Assembly: GCA_030824585.1 (NCBI GenBank)
Contig: JAVBXM010000015.1
Span: forward strand, 35,380-99,379
DNA length: 64,000 nucleotides
Reading direction: 5' to 3'
Source of the DNA: Phaeospirillum sp.
Lineage (GTDB): Bacteria; Pseudomonadota; Alphaproteobacteria; Rhodospirillales; Magnetospirillaceae
The translations under genes and the position numbers were made by a program. Shown here one piece after another: positions 21,928 through 30,795 of the stretch. The notes below the pieces were generated by a model. It was not told the origin of the DNA. It saw only the letters and a program-made list of their open reading frames with translations, and did not search any database. The stretch's first letter is position 1; the number at the start of each line of letters is the position of its first letter.

Positions 21928-22871
21928 AGCATCACCCCAAGAGCCAGCAATCCCGCCAGCAATAGCTGGAACCGCGCCGTCGAGGCCAGGATGGCGTTGA
22001 AGGCCGGCCCCCTGGCCTGGGTGGCGAAGCGCAGGATCAGCCGCAGCGCGACCGGCAGCGCCCCCAGGCAGAGCCAGCCGCCCCTGGGGCCCAGCGGCGA
22101 GGCCAGCAGGGCGATGGGCAGCAGCAACAGCGCGCCGTAGATCGCCTTGGACGCTTCCACCCCGGCGCGGATGGCCAGGGTACGGCGCCCGGCCAGCCGG
22201 TCGGCCTCCATGTCGCGGTAATTGTTGGCCAGCAGCACCGCCGCCGCCACCGCGCCGATGGCCGTGCCGACCACAATAGACTGACCGGTCAGGGATAGAG
22301 TTTGCAGGTAATAGGTTCCCCCCACGGCGCCGATGCCGAAGAAGGCGATGACGAAGGCTTCGCCGGCGGGCGTGTAGGCGATGGGCTTTGGGCCGCCGGA
22401 ATAGGCCCAGCCGGCCAGCAGCGAGGCCAGACCCAGGGCGACGATGGGCCAGCCGCCCAACCATGCGAGATAGAGGCCGACCAGGGCGGCGAGGCCGAAG
22501 CAGGCAAGCGCGGCGCGCTTGACCCGTTCCGGCGTCGCCCAGCCCAGGGCGGTGATGCGCGGCGGCCCTTGGCGCAACGGCTGATCGCCGCCCCGGAGCG
22601 CATCGCCCACGTCGTTATAGAGATTGGTTCCCGCCTGGATGGCCAGGGCCCCCAGCAGCGAGGCGGCGAAGGGGCGTGGATCGAGTCCGTGGGTATCGGC
22701 CCAGGCCAGGGCGCCGCCCGCCACCACCGGCGCCACGGAAATGGTCAGGGTCTTGGGCCGGATGGCCAGCAGCCACAACCGCCAGCCGTCCGGCGGCTGG
22801 TCGACGCGGCTGGAATGCTGCCTGTCGATGACCAGCGACGGCGGCTCGGGCTGGCCGGGGTCGAGCTTCAT
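21924..22871 (-). CDS. menA: 1,4-dihydroxy-2-naphthoate polyprenyltransferase (UbiA superfamily, MenA-like)
   Basis: It aligns by eye with E. coli MenA at IRPKTL, NLYNDVGDALRGGDQPLRQGPPR (E. coli NDYGDAVKGSDKPDRIGPLR) and NNYRDMEADRLAGRRTLAIRAG (E. coli NNLRDINSDRENGKNTLVVRLG). The ATG overlaps the ubiE stop (ATGA). Confidence 0.8.
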   Translation of the reverse strand: MKLDPGQPEPPSLVIDRQHSSRVDQPPDGWRLWLLAIRPKTLTISVAPVVAGGALAWADTHGLDPRPFAASLLGALAIQAGTNLYNDVGDALRGGDQPLRQGPPRITALGWATPERVKRAALACFGLAALVGLYLAWLGGWPIVALGLASLLAGWAYSGGPKPIAYTPAGEAFVIAFFGIGAVGGTYYLQTLSLTGQSIVVGTAIGAVAAAVLLANNYRDMEADRLAGRRTLAIRAGVEASKAIYGALLLLPIALLASPLGPRGGWLCLGALPVALRLILRFATQARGPAFNAILASTARFQLLLAGLLALGVML

Positions 22872-23599
22872 GACGCCGGCTTCACGCCGGAATGCAGGCA
22901 GGCGATGCCCGCCGACAGGTTGCGCCACTGGATGCGCTCGAAGCCGGCCGCCTGCATCAGCCCGGCCATCTCGCGCTGGTCGGGGAAGCGGCGGATGGAT
23001 TCCACCAGATAGGCATAGGCGGCGGGCTCGCGGGCGATCCAGGCGCCCAGGCGCGGAATCACATGGAAGGAATAGGCGTCGTAGAACGGGCGGATCAGCG
23101 CCCAGGGCTTGGAAAACTCAAGGCAGACGAACCAGCCGCCCGGCTTGAGCACCCGATGGATCTCGGCCAGCGCCGCTTCCGGACTGGTGGCATTGCGCAG
23201 GCCAAAGGCGATGGTCAGGGTGTCCACCGAACCGGTGTCGAACGGCATGGCCTCGGCCTTGCCCTCCACGAATTCGATGCCCAGTCCGTGGCAGCGCCGC
23301 TCCCCCACCGCCATCATCTCGGGCGAAGGGTCGCAGACGATGACCCGGCGGTCGCGGCCGGCCAGCAGGCGGGCCACATCGCCGGTGCCGCCGGCCAGAT
23401 CGACGATCACCTGCCCCGCGGCGGGGCGGGCGGCCTTGACCATGTCCCGCTTCCACAGGCGATGGATGCCGAAGCTCATCACGTCGTTCATCAGGTCATA
23501 GCGCGGCGCCACGGCGTTGAACACGGCGCGGATGCGCTTCTCGCGCTCCTCGGGACTGACCGACTGGAAACCGAACGTACCCGACAGCGACGTGGTCAA
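22868..23599 (-). CDS. ubiE: Demethylmenaquinone / ubiquinone C-methyltransferase
   Basis: FGFQSVSPEEREKRIRAVFNAVAPRYDLMNDVMSFGIHRLWKR and the SAM motif VDLAGGTGD. The TTG start overlaps the nosY stop (TTGA at 23596-23599). Confidence 0.88.
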   Translation of the reverse strand: MTTSLSGTFGFQSVSPEEREKRIRAVFNAVAPRYDLMNDVMSFGIHRLWKRDMVKAARPAAGQVIVDLAGGTGDVARLLAGRDRRVIVCDPSPEMMAVGERRCHGLGIEFVEGKAEAMPFDTGSVDTLTIAFGLRNATSPEAALAEIHRVLKPGGWFVCLEFSKPWALIRPFYDAYSFHVIPRLGAWIAREPAAYAYLVESIRRFPDQREMAGLMQAAGFERIQWRNLSAGIACLHSGVKPAS

Positions 23600-24423
23600 G
23601 GAAGATCACCCCGACGGAACAGGAAATAGCCGATCCCGGCGCTGACGGTGCCCAGCGCCACTGGATAAGCAAGTGCGAATGTAAGATAGCCGCTGCGGCC
23701 CAGCGCGTCGAGGATCACATAGGAGCTTGGCCCCAGCACCACCATCTGCGGATCGAACAGCAAGATGGCGGCGGTGCGGAAGCTCTGCAGCGGATTGGCT
23801 ACCGCGATGGCGACGATCAGTTCCAGCGGCAGCCTTTCCCGGATCATCAGGCCCAGCAGGATCAAATCCAGGAACAGCAGCAGCACCAGCCAGGTGAGAA
23901 AGGCGCCGGTCTGGGCCACGTCGGGGGTCCGCGCCAGGGTGGAGATCAGCATGCCGATCCCCAGGAAAGCCCAGGCCAGCGCCACCAGCAGCGCGGTATA
24001 GAGCACGAACAGGCTCCAATCCACCTCGATGCCGCGCAGGGCGGCATAGACCGCCGCCACCGCCATGGCGCCGAACACGGGAAGGAACACCACCACGAAA
24101 CGGCCGACCATCTTGCCCCAGAACCAGGCATAGAGCGGCACCGGCAGGGACAGCATGTATTCGAACACGCCGGCGTCGCGGTCGCCCGCCACCGACCGCA
24201 CCGTGGTGATCAGGATGAACACCGGCAGGATGGCGACGCATAGCTGGATATAGGTGACCAGCAGGCGCGACAGGCCGGTGAAGCCCAGGATGCGCGACTC
24301 GGTCAGGCCGAACACGAACAGCAGCACCACGATGCCGCCGAACACGATGGAGTAGAACATGAACCAGCGGGAGCGGAGCGATTCCGCGATATCCAGCCGG
24401 GCGGTGAGATAGAGCGCGTTCAT
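23596..24423 (-). CDS. nosY: ABC-2 type permease NosY
   Basis: 275 aa with 6 predicted TM helices. The N-terminus MNALYLTARLDIAESLRSRWF is NosY-like. It lies in a cluster with nosD, nosF and nosL. Confidence 0.8.
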   Translation of the reverse strand: MNALYLTARLDIAESLRSRWFMFYSIVFGGIVVLLFVFGLTESRILGFTGLSRLLVTYIQLCVAILPVFILITTVRSVAGDRDAGVFEYMLSLPVPLYAWFWGKMVGRFVVVFLPVFGAMAVAAVYAALRGIEVDWSLFVLYTALLVALAWAFLGIGMLISTLARTPDVAQTGAFLTWLVLLLFLDLILLGLMIRERLPLELIVAIAVANPLQSFRTAAILLFDPQMVVLGPSSYVILDALGRSGYLTFALAYPVALGTVSAGIGYFLFRRGDLP

Positions 24424-24464
24424 GCCGCCCCTCCAAAAGTGTCATTCGCATAGGCCGCAGCGAT

Positions 24465-24533
24465 CCTGCGGGCAAGATGCCCGCGCTCCAACCTGCGGGC
24501 AAGATACCCGCGCGCCGAAGCGCCTTGGAGCGC
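24465..24533. repeat. Structured intergenic repeat between nosL and nosY (2 x CCTGCGGGCAAGAT(G/A)CCCGCGC plus an enclosing 9-bp inverted repeat)
   Basis: Units at 24465-24486 and 24492-24513. Unit 1 folds as GCGGGCA-aga-TGCCCGC and unit 2 only as GCGGG...CCCGC. GCGCTCCAA (24483-24491) pairs with TTGGAGCGC (24525-24533). Confidence 0.75.
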
Positions 24534-24568
24534 GGGCGTCCCGCCCGCATGCCTGGACGGATACGTCA

Positions 24569-25069
24569 TCAGCCGTCTCGCGTCGTGGTGTTGGCGGGTG
24601 CTTCCGAGGGCTCGCAGCGGCTGGTGGAGCCCCGGGCCAGCACCGCGTTCTTCATGGCGGTATAGTCGACGGCGCCACTCGGCCCCGGGGCGACGGCGCC
24701 GAAGCCGTGGGCCATGGGGGTATGCTGGCCGTCCACGTAAAGCGCCTTGCGCCCGTCCAGCCACTGGCCGGTCTCGACGCCGCCCACCCAGAATTCGACC
24801 GACGCGTCGTCGGCCCAGCCCTGCTTGGCCATCCACAGCACCGCATCGCCCAGATCGTCGAACTTGTGCACCTTGCGCTCCGCCCCGCCGCGCACCTGGG
24901 CGGCGAAGTGGGGATCGTCGATGATCATGCCGCAATACTCGCAGGTCTCGCGGCCCCATTTGATCTCGGCCGGCCCGGTGGTCTGCTGGCCGCAGGCCGA
25001 CACGGCGAAGACCAGACCCGGCACCAGGGCCAGGAAGCGGCGGCGGCCGGGGGAGTGATGCTCGCACAT
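24569..25069 (-). CDS. nosL: Copper-binding lipoprotein NosL
   Basis: Lipobox FAVSAC and the NosL motif ETCEYCGMIIDDPHFAAQ. 166 aa. Confidence 0.85.
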   Translation of the reverse strand: MCEHHSPGRRRFLALVPGLVFAVSACGQQTTGPAEIKWGRETCEYCGMIIDDPHFAAQVRGGAERKVHKFDDLGDAVLWMAKQGWADDASVEFWVGGVETGQWLDGRKALYVDGQHTPMAHGFGAVAPGPSGAVDYTAMKNAVLARGSTSRCEPSEAPANTTTRDG

Positions 25070-25079
25070 GGCTCCGCTC

Positions 25080-25925
25080 CTACTTCATCTCGATGCCGGC
25101 CACCAGACCGGCATAACGGGCGAGAACGCCCAGGAAGCGCAGGCGGTCGGGGCCGTTGACCACGCCCCGCCAGGCGATGCCGCTTTCCTCGGCGGCGAAT
25201 TGCCAGTCGCCCATGGCGCGCGCGAAGGCCGGCTCGGCCCGGGTCAGGCGCACCACGCAATCGAGGCGCGCCGTCATGTCCACGTCGTCGGCCACCCGGT
25301 CGTCCAGCGCCACCTTGCCCTGGTCCATCTCCACCACCCGGTTGACCAGCGCCGCCACCTCGTCCAGGCGGTGGCTGGTGATCAGCATGACGGCGTTGTC
25401 CTTCCGCTCGTGCAGCAGGTGGAAGAAGATGTGCCGTGCCTCGGGGTCCAGGTTGGCGGCGGGCTCGTCCATGATCAGCAGGTCGGAATCGCGGCCGAGC
25501 GCGATGCCGATCAGCATCTTCTGCTTCATGCCGCCCGACAGCTTCACGAAGGGCCGCCCGCGCACCATGTCCCAGTCCAGGCCCAGCTCGCGCACCATGG
25601 TGATGATGCGCTCGGGGTCCGAGCCGCAGACAGCGGCCGAGAAGTTGACCAGTTCGCCCACCGGCATCTTGAGCGGCGGTGGAATCTGCGGCACGAAGCC
25701 CACGTGGGACAGCACGACCTTGCGGTTGCCGCGCGGCGTCAGGCCGTTGACCGTGACCGAGCCCTCGTGCAGGTACTCGCCCAGCAGGCAGCGGATCAGG
25801 GTGGTCTTGCCCGCCCCGTTGGACCCCACCAGCGCGATCCGCTCGCCCTTGTCGATGGACAGGCTGACGCCGTCCAGCACCCGGTGGCGCTTGAACGTCT
25901 TGGAAACGTTGTCGAAAACGATCAT
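25080..25925 (-). CDS. nosF: ABC transporter ATPase NosF
   Basis: Walker A GSNGAGKTT, signature LSGGMKQK and Walker B LLIMDEP. The ATG at 25925 (MIVFDNVSKTF) is preferred. Confidence 0.88.
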   Translation of the reverse strand: MIVFDNVSKTFKRHRVLDGVSLSIDKGERIALVGSNGAGKTTLIRCLLGEYLHEGSVTVNGLTPRGNRKVVLSHVGFVPQIPPPLKMPVGELVNFSAAVCGSDPERIITMVRELGLDWDMVRGRPFVKLSGGMKQKMLIGIALGRDSDLLIMDEPAANLDPEARHIFFHLLHERKDNAVMLITSHRLDEVAALVNRVVEMDQGKVALDDRVADDVDMTARLDCVVRLTRAEPAFARAMGDWQFAAEESGIAWRGVVNGPDRLRFLGVLARYAGLVAGIEMK

Positions 25926-25987
25926 TCCTGCCGCGTATCCTCTTTGCCCTCGCCCGCCCCGGCCCAACTCCGGAGCAAGGCATCAAA

Positions 25988-26950
25988 CTACAACAGCTTG
26001 CTCAGTCCCTTGATCTCGAATTTCAGGGACCCGGTGGGGCAGGCGTCGATGCACAGGCCGCAGCGGGTGCAATCGGCGCCAATGGCCACATTGACGTCCT
26101 CGGCATAGGTCTTCTTGGTGCATTCCAGTACGTGGGGCACCAGGCAGACCTTGCGGCAGTCCCCCTCGTGCAGGCAGTTCTCCATATTGTAGGTCACCCT
26201 GGTGGGCGACACCGCGCCGACAAAGCCATAGGTCAGCCCGATCGGGCAAATATAGCGGCACCACATGCGGCGGATGAAGATGATCTCGTAGGCCAGCAGG
26301 CCCAGCACCCAGACCATGGCCAGTCCCGGCCCGTAGATCAGGGCGCGGCTGACGATGCCGGTGGGCGAGATGGATTCGAACACCGTATAGCCGCTGACGA
26401 AGGCCATGAGCGCGAAAATGACGTAAAGGACGGTGCGCGAGCCGCGGTGCAGCGGGTAATCCACCACCATCTTGCGCTTGGCCAGCGCCAGGTGAACCTT
26501 CTCGGCGATCTCGGCCAGCAGGTGATAGGGGCAGGTCCACGAGCAGAAGGTGCGCCCGCCCAGCAGCCACCACAGGAACAGCACCGTACCGGTGCCGATC
26601 ACCAGATTGATCAGGATGACCTTGTAGGCCAGCATCACCTGGATGGCGGAGTTGAGGTCGGCGAAGTGGAAGCCGATGACGCGCGACGCGGTCAGCGAAC
26701 CTTCCACCAATTGCACGTCGAAGCGGAACGACAGCACGAAGATCATGTTGACCATGATCAGCGTCGCCCAGCGGATGTTGCGCCACTTGTGGGAGTGCTT
26801 CTCGGCGTGGGCCGCCTTGATCTGCCGGGCCTTCTCCGGTCCCTTGACCAGCCGCTTGGCCTCCTGCATGGCCTCGGCCTCGGGGGTGTAGCTGGTGGGC
26901 CGCTGGGGCGCGCCGCCCAGCATGATCTTGAAGGAGGTGAGGAGCTTCAT
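25988..26950 (-). CDS. nosH: NapH-like membrane-bound Fe-S protein NosH
   Basis: 4 TM helices, CSWTCPYH and WCRYICPIG motifs, and C-terminal ferredoxin clusters CLHEGDCRKVC and CTRCGLCIDACP. The start MKLLTSF at 26950 overlaps the nosG stop by 1 nt. Confidence 0.8.
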   Translation of the reverse strand: MKLLTSFKIMLGGAPQRPTSYTPEAEAMQEAKRLVKGPEKARQIKAAHAEKHSHKWRNIRWATLIMVNMIFVLSFRFDVQLVEGSLTASRVIGFHFADLNSAIQVMLAYKVILINLVIGTGTVLFLWWLLGGRTFCSWTCPYHLLAEIAEKVHLALAKRKMVVDYPLHRGSRTVLYVIFALMAFVSGYTVFESISPTGIVSRALIYGPGLAMVWVLGLLAYEIIFIRRMWCRYICPIGLTYGFVGAVSPTRVTYNMENCLHEGDCRKVCLVPHVLECTKKTYAEDVNVAIGADCTRCGLCIDACPTGSLKFEIKGLSKLL

Positions 26951-27717
26951 CACGCGTCTCCCCACTTGCGCCGGATGTCGATGACAATGGAGGCCGGCTC
27001 GGTCGGGCAGATCATCTCGCACATGCCGCAACCGACGCAGGCCTGATGCACCACGGGGGTGCGGCGCTTATCGGCGGGGTCCTTGCTCATGGGCTCCAGG
27101 CTGATGGCGTTGGGAACCGGGCATTCGCGCACGCACAGGTCGCAAAGCTCCAGGTCGTACTTGTATTCGGCCAGCTTGACCGGCTTCCAGCGGTCGATCT
27201 CGGCATAGCGGTGGACGCCCTTGAACGGAGCCGGCCGCGCCGGCCCCTTGTAGCCCTCGCCCTTGCGGGCCAGGCAGGCATTGGGGCGGTCCAGGCGGGC
27301 GAGGCCCATGTGGACCTCTTCCTTCTTGCTGACCTTGTGGCTGAGCGCGCCGGTGGGGCAGGCCAGCACGCACTGCACCGCATCGCACGAGAAATCGCAG
27401 GCCTGCTCGCGGGCGGGAACATAGGGCACGCCGACGCCGAAGCCTTCGTCCAGATCGCCCAGCGAAATGGCCCGCACCGGGCAGACCTGCACGCACTGGC
27501 CGCACTTGATGCAGGCGGCCAGGAAATCGGCCTCGTCGATGGCGCCCGGCGGACGCAGCCGGGGTGTCCACTTGCGGAGCACGGGGAAGAACCCGAACAG
27601 CGAGGCGCCGACCACCGCGCCGCCCATGGCGATGGACCGCATCACCTGGCGGCGGGTCTTGTTGTTGGGGTGCGGCGTCGGCACCACCTTGGGCGGTGCG
27701 TCTTGCTCAGTCATCAT
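26950..27717 (-). CDS. nosG: NapG-like periplasmic poly-ferredoxin NosG (Tat signal)
   Basis: Twin-arginine motif KTRRQVMRSIAMGGA and four Cys clusters (CIKCGQCVQVCP, CVLACPTGAL, CDLCVRECP, CVGCGMCEMICP). The ATG at 27717 overlaps the nosD 3' end by 11 nt. Confidence 0.82.
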   Translation of the reverse strand: MMTEQDAPPKVVPTPHPNNKTRRQVMRSIAMGGAVVGASLFGFFPVLRKWTPRLRPPGAIDEADFLAACIKCGQCVQVCPVRAISLGDLDEGFGVGVPYVPAREQACDFSCDAVQCVLACPTGALSHKVSKKEEVHMGLARLDRPNACLARKGEGYKGPARPAPFKGVHRYAEIDRWKPVKLAEYKYDLELCDLCVRECPVPNAISLEPMSKDPADKRRTPVVHQACVGCGMCEMICPTEPASIVIDIRRKWGDA

Positions 27718-29176
27718 CCTTGCTCCCAATGGGGCCGCGCTGGGGCTCGAGCGAGCCCCGGCGACCGGTCGTTGCCCCGCCCGGCCCGCTGACCTTGTCG
27801 TGGGCGACCGGAACCTCGCCCGCCGGCTTGGGGCGGTCGGCGTTCCGGCTCAGGTCCTCGGTGGCATCGAGGGTCGAGCCCGCCTTCACCTTGGCATCGG
27901 AAGCGACCAGCGGATGCTTGTCTTCCAGCATCATCACCGGCTCGGAGAACGGCGCCAGACGGTCGAGGAAATCCAGCACTTCCAGCAGCGGAGTACCTTT
28001 GAAGAAGCGGGTGTTGGGCTTGTCCATCCAGACCCGGCCGGCATAGTTGTACAGCCGGTGCGGTTTGTCGCCGGTGCCGTTGCCGTCGCGGTCGAAGCCC
28101 TGGTAATCCTCCCAGCGGTTGGCGTCCCAGACGTTGCGCTTGGCGCTGCCACCACCATAGACCGCCACCTCGGTGATGTTGCCGGTGAACAGGTTGCCGG
28201 TGAACTCGTTGTCCTTCCAGTCGTTGAGGAAGGCCACGCCGATATCGTTGTAGGCGATGCGGTTGCCCCGCAGGACATTCTTGCTGTCGGGCTCGTAGGG
28301 CGCCACGTCGATGGAAATACCTTGCGAGCAATAGAGAATGTCGTTGTTCTCGATCACCACGTCGCTGCTTTCCTTCAGCGAGATGCAGACCCCCTGGGCG
28401 CCCACCGCCTTGGCGATGACGTTGTTGCGCAATTCGTCGCCGGTGTCGTACATCATCGAGATGCCGGTGGAATTGTCGAAGAAGTAGTTGCTTTCCGCGA
28501 TGTTGTACTGGGCCTGCATCAGGTGCAGGCCATAGCGCCCGCCGCTCTGGCGGTTGCCCACGAAGCGGTTGTGGGTCGAGTACCAGAAGACGATGTCGCG
28601 GCCGCTGATGAACTCGTTGTTCTCGATCAGGTTATGGTGCGAATACCACAGCTTGATGCCGTCGCCGCGCCGGCCCAGGCTGATCTTCTTGCCTTCGACC
28701 CTGTTGCGCCGGACGATGTTGTGCTCGGACTGTTCCAGGCTGAACCCGAACAGCACGTTGTCCATCCGGATGTCCTCGACCACGTTGTTCTTGCCGCGCA
28801 CCTGGATGCCGGCGTCCTGCTGGGCGTGGTTGGGACCGGTATTGGTGATGCGGAAATTGCGCACCGTGGCGCCATCGGTCTTGATCCACAGGACCGAGCC
28901 GGTGCCCTCGCCGTCCAGGGTCACCTGGTTCTTGCCGTCGAGGATGATCGGCTTGCTGACCACCAGATGGGACTTATAGCGTCCGGGCGGCGGCGTGATC
29001 ACCTGGCCGGGCTGGGCGATGTCGATCAGCGCCTGCAGCAGGGTCGAGTCCAGCAACGGCTCGCCATCCGGATTCTGCCCCTGGGGGGCCGCACCGGCGG
29101 TGGATAGCCCGGCGGCGAAGACGAAGGCCAGTGTCGCCAGTTTAGACTTGGAAAAGGTCTTGAACCACACGACCAT
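27707..29176 (-). CDS. nosD: Periplasmic beta-helix protein NosD
   Basis: 489 aa with a signal peptide. It has repeated parallel beta-helix (CASH/NosD) units, such as NNVVEDIRMDN, NRVEGKK and NNEFISGRDIVFWYS. Confidence 0.88.
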   Translation of the reverse strand: MVVWFKTFSKSKLATLAFVFAAGLSTAGAAPQGQNPDGEPLLDSTLLQALIDIAQPGQVITPPPGRYKSHLVVSKPIILDGKNQVTLDGEGTGSVLWIKTDGATVRNFRITNTGPNHAQQDAGIQVRGKNNVVEDIRMDNVLFGFSLEQSEHNIVRRNRVEGKKISLGRRGDGIKLWYSHHNLIENNEFISGRDIVFWYSTHNRFVGNRQSGGRYGLHLMQAQYNIAESNYFFDNSTGISMMYDTGDELRNNVIAKAVGAQGVCISLKESSDVVIENNDILYCSQGISIDVAPYEPDSKNVLRGNRIAYNDIGVAFLNDWKDNEFTGNLFTGNITEVAVYGGGSAKRNVWDANRWEDYQGFDRDGNGTGDKPHRLYNYAGRVWMDKPNTRFFKGTPLLEVLDFLDRLAPFSEPVMMLEDKHPLVASDAKVKAGSTLDATEDLSRNADRPKPAGEVPVAHDKVSGPGGATTGRRGSLEPQRGPIGSKDDD

Positions 29177-29213
29177 GGACCTCGTCTCCGCTCCTTACGG
29201 GTTACGAACGGGA

Positions 29214-29882
29214 CTATTCCGACTTGAGCGCCTTGCGCTGCAGCAGCAGCGCCAGGATCAGGCACAGAGAAGCCGCCATCAGCAGGCCGAAGCCGTAATG
29301 GGGGTAGGAGTAGGTGGAGAACTGCGCCACCTTGCCCTCACCGAACACGGTGGGCATGAACGGCTTGACCGAGAAGGCCGCCCAGGAGCGCAGGTTGTGG
29401 CCGAACCACCACAGCCAAGCCGAGTAGTCGACGACAAACGCCACCGGAATGACGATGCCCGACAGCGGCAGCACCCACCAGAACGGCCCGGCATAGATCA
29501 GGAAGGCCAGCAGCATCACGCCGACCAGGGAGAACAGGTAGGGAGCGGCCTTGATCTCGTACTTGGCGCCGACCTCGATGGGCTCCATGCCGATGAAGTG
29601 GTTGATCACGTTCATCTCGTGGACGCAATCCAGGCCGCCTTCCTCGTCGCCCCAGGCGGCGTCCTTGGCGTCCTTGGGCTTGTCCTGGCTGGAGCAGCCG
29701 TTGAACACGCCGTTCATGTGGAAGTGGATGCGGATGCCGTCGGGGAAGGTCTCGGCCGGATAGTTGGGAGCCTTCAACGCCACCCACCAGATGGGCGAGA
29801 AATACGCGCCGCCAATGAAAATCATGGCGATCACGGTAAGGATTCGCACGAGCGCCGGCTTGCTCTTGCTGTTATTGGCCAT
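29214..29882 (-). CDS. NosB-like integral membrane protein (clade II nos cluster accessory protein)
   Basis: 222 aa with one N-terminal TM helix, a periplasmic loop of about 80 aa containing Cys/His (FHMNGVFNGCSS...LDCVHEMN), then 3-4 TM helices. Assigned by position and topology only. Confidence 0.5.
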   Translation of the reverse strand: MANNSKSKPALVRILTVIAMIFIGGAYFSPIWWVALKAPNYPAETFPDGIRIHFHMNGVFNGCSSQDKPKDAKDAAWGDEEGGLDCVHEMNVINHFIGMEPIEVGAKYEIKAAPYLFSLVGVMLLAFLIYAGPFWWVLPLSGIVIPVAFVVDYSAWLWWFGHNLRSWAAFSVKPFMPTVFGEGKVAQFSTYSYPHYGFGLLMAASLCLILALLLQRKALKSE

Positions 29883-29978
29883 GGAAGTTACCCCGTTGGC
29901 TTATCAGGTGGATCGGAGGGAGGGCGGCGGCCGGAAAGCCCGGACACCGCCCCATTGTCCACCTTATATCAGAAAAAT

Positions 29979-30737
29979 CTACTGGAAGTCAGGATTTTTC
30001 CAGCCCTTGGGAGCGATGAGATTCGCCGGGGGCTTCAGACGCGAGGTGTAGTCCAGCACCGCCTTGGTATCGCGATCGGTGAAGGTCTGAATCTGCTTCA
30101 TCATGTCGGGATTGGCGTTGCGGCGCTTGCCTTCCTTGATCCACTGATACTGGCGCAGCAGGTACTCGTAGTGCTGCCCCTGGATGCGGGGATAGAACTT
30201 GTCGTTGTCACCGGCACCGTCGGCGCCGTGGCAGCGGGTGCAGTTCTCTTCGTACAGCTTCTTGCCGTGGGCCAGATCCTTGCCGTCGCCGACGCCCGGC
30301 TCGGGGTTCATCTTCAGCTTGACCGCCATGTAGGCAGCCACATCGGCGATGGCCTGCGGGCCGCCGATCTGCGACGGCAGGGCGAAGGGGTACATGGTGG
30401 GGTTGTCGCGGTTGAGCGCGCGGATATCGGCCAACTGCTTGATCACCACCTTGGGATGCTGGCCGGCCAGCTGCGGGAAGGTGCCGTCGGTCAGGCCCCA
30501 GCCCTCCATCTGATGGCAGGCGGAGCACACTTCATAGACTTCCTTGCCGTTGGCCAGATCGGGCTTCAGGTGAAGGGCCTCGTCCTCTTCGCCGCCACCG
30601 GCGTGCCACTGGTAGCCCTCCTCGCCCAGGGACTTGCCCTTCTGGGGGGTAGCACCGCCGGCGGCGATGGCGACGCCACCGACCAGGAGGGCGGAAACAG
30701 CGGCCAGGGCGGCCAGGCTGTGCTTGAGCTTCAACAT
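29979..30737 (-). CDS. Dihaem c-type cytochrome (NosC-like position)
   Basis: Signal peptide MLKLKHSLAALAAVSALLVGG and two CXXCH motifs (CSACH, CTRCH). The ATG at 30737 has a GGAGA RBS. Confidence 0.8.
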   Translation of the reverse strand: MLKLKHSLAALAAVSALLVGGVAIAAGGATPQKGKSLGEEGYQWHAGGGEEDEALHLKPDLANGKEVYEVCSACHQMEGWGLTDGTFPQLAGQHPKVVIKQLADIRALNRDNPTMYPFALPSQIGGPQAIADVAAYMAVKLKMNPEPGVGDGKDLAHGKKLYEENCTRCHGADGAGDNDKFYPRIQGQHYEYLLRQYQWIKEGKRRNANPDMMKQIQTFTDRDTKAVLDYTSRLKPPANLIAPKGWKNPDFQ

Positions 30738-30795
30738 CGTTCTATCTCCAGGGTCTAGCGAACTGGGCGGCACACTAGCGCAGCCCAATCCGGCC

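Noticed and set aside
21928-22464. N-terminal extension of the BASS transporter ORF (track ORF 21067-22464, 465 aa).
   Set aside because: The extension overlaps menA in another frame and is Arg/Gly-rich junk. The GTG at 21927, coupled to the menA stop, gives a plausible 286-aa transporter.
24465-24513. Possible CRISPR array (27-bp-period repeat between nosL and nosY).
   Set aside because: There are only two units, no spacers of CRISPR size, no cas genes and no leader. It is better explained as REP-like hairpins.
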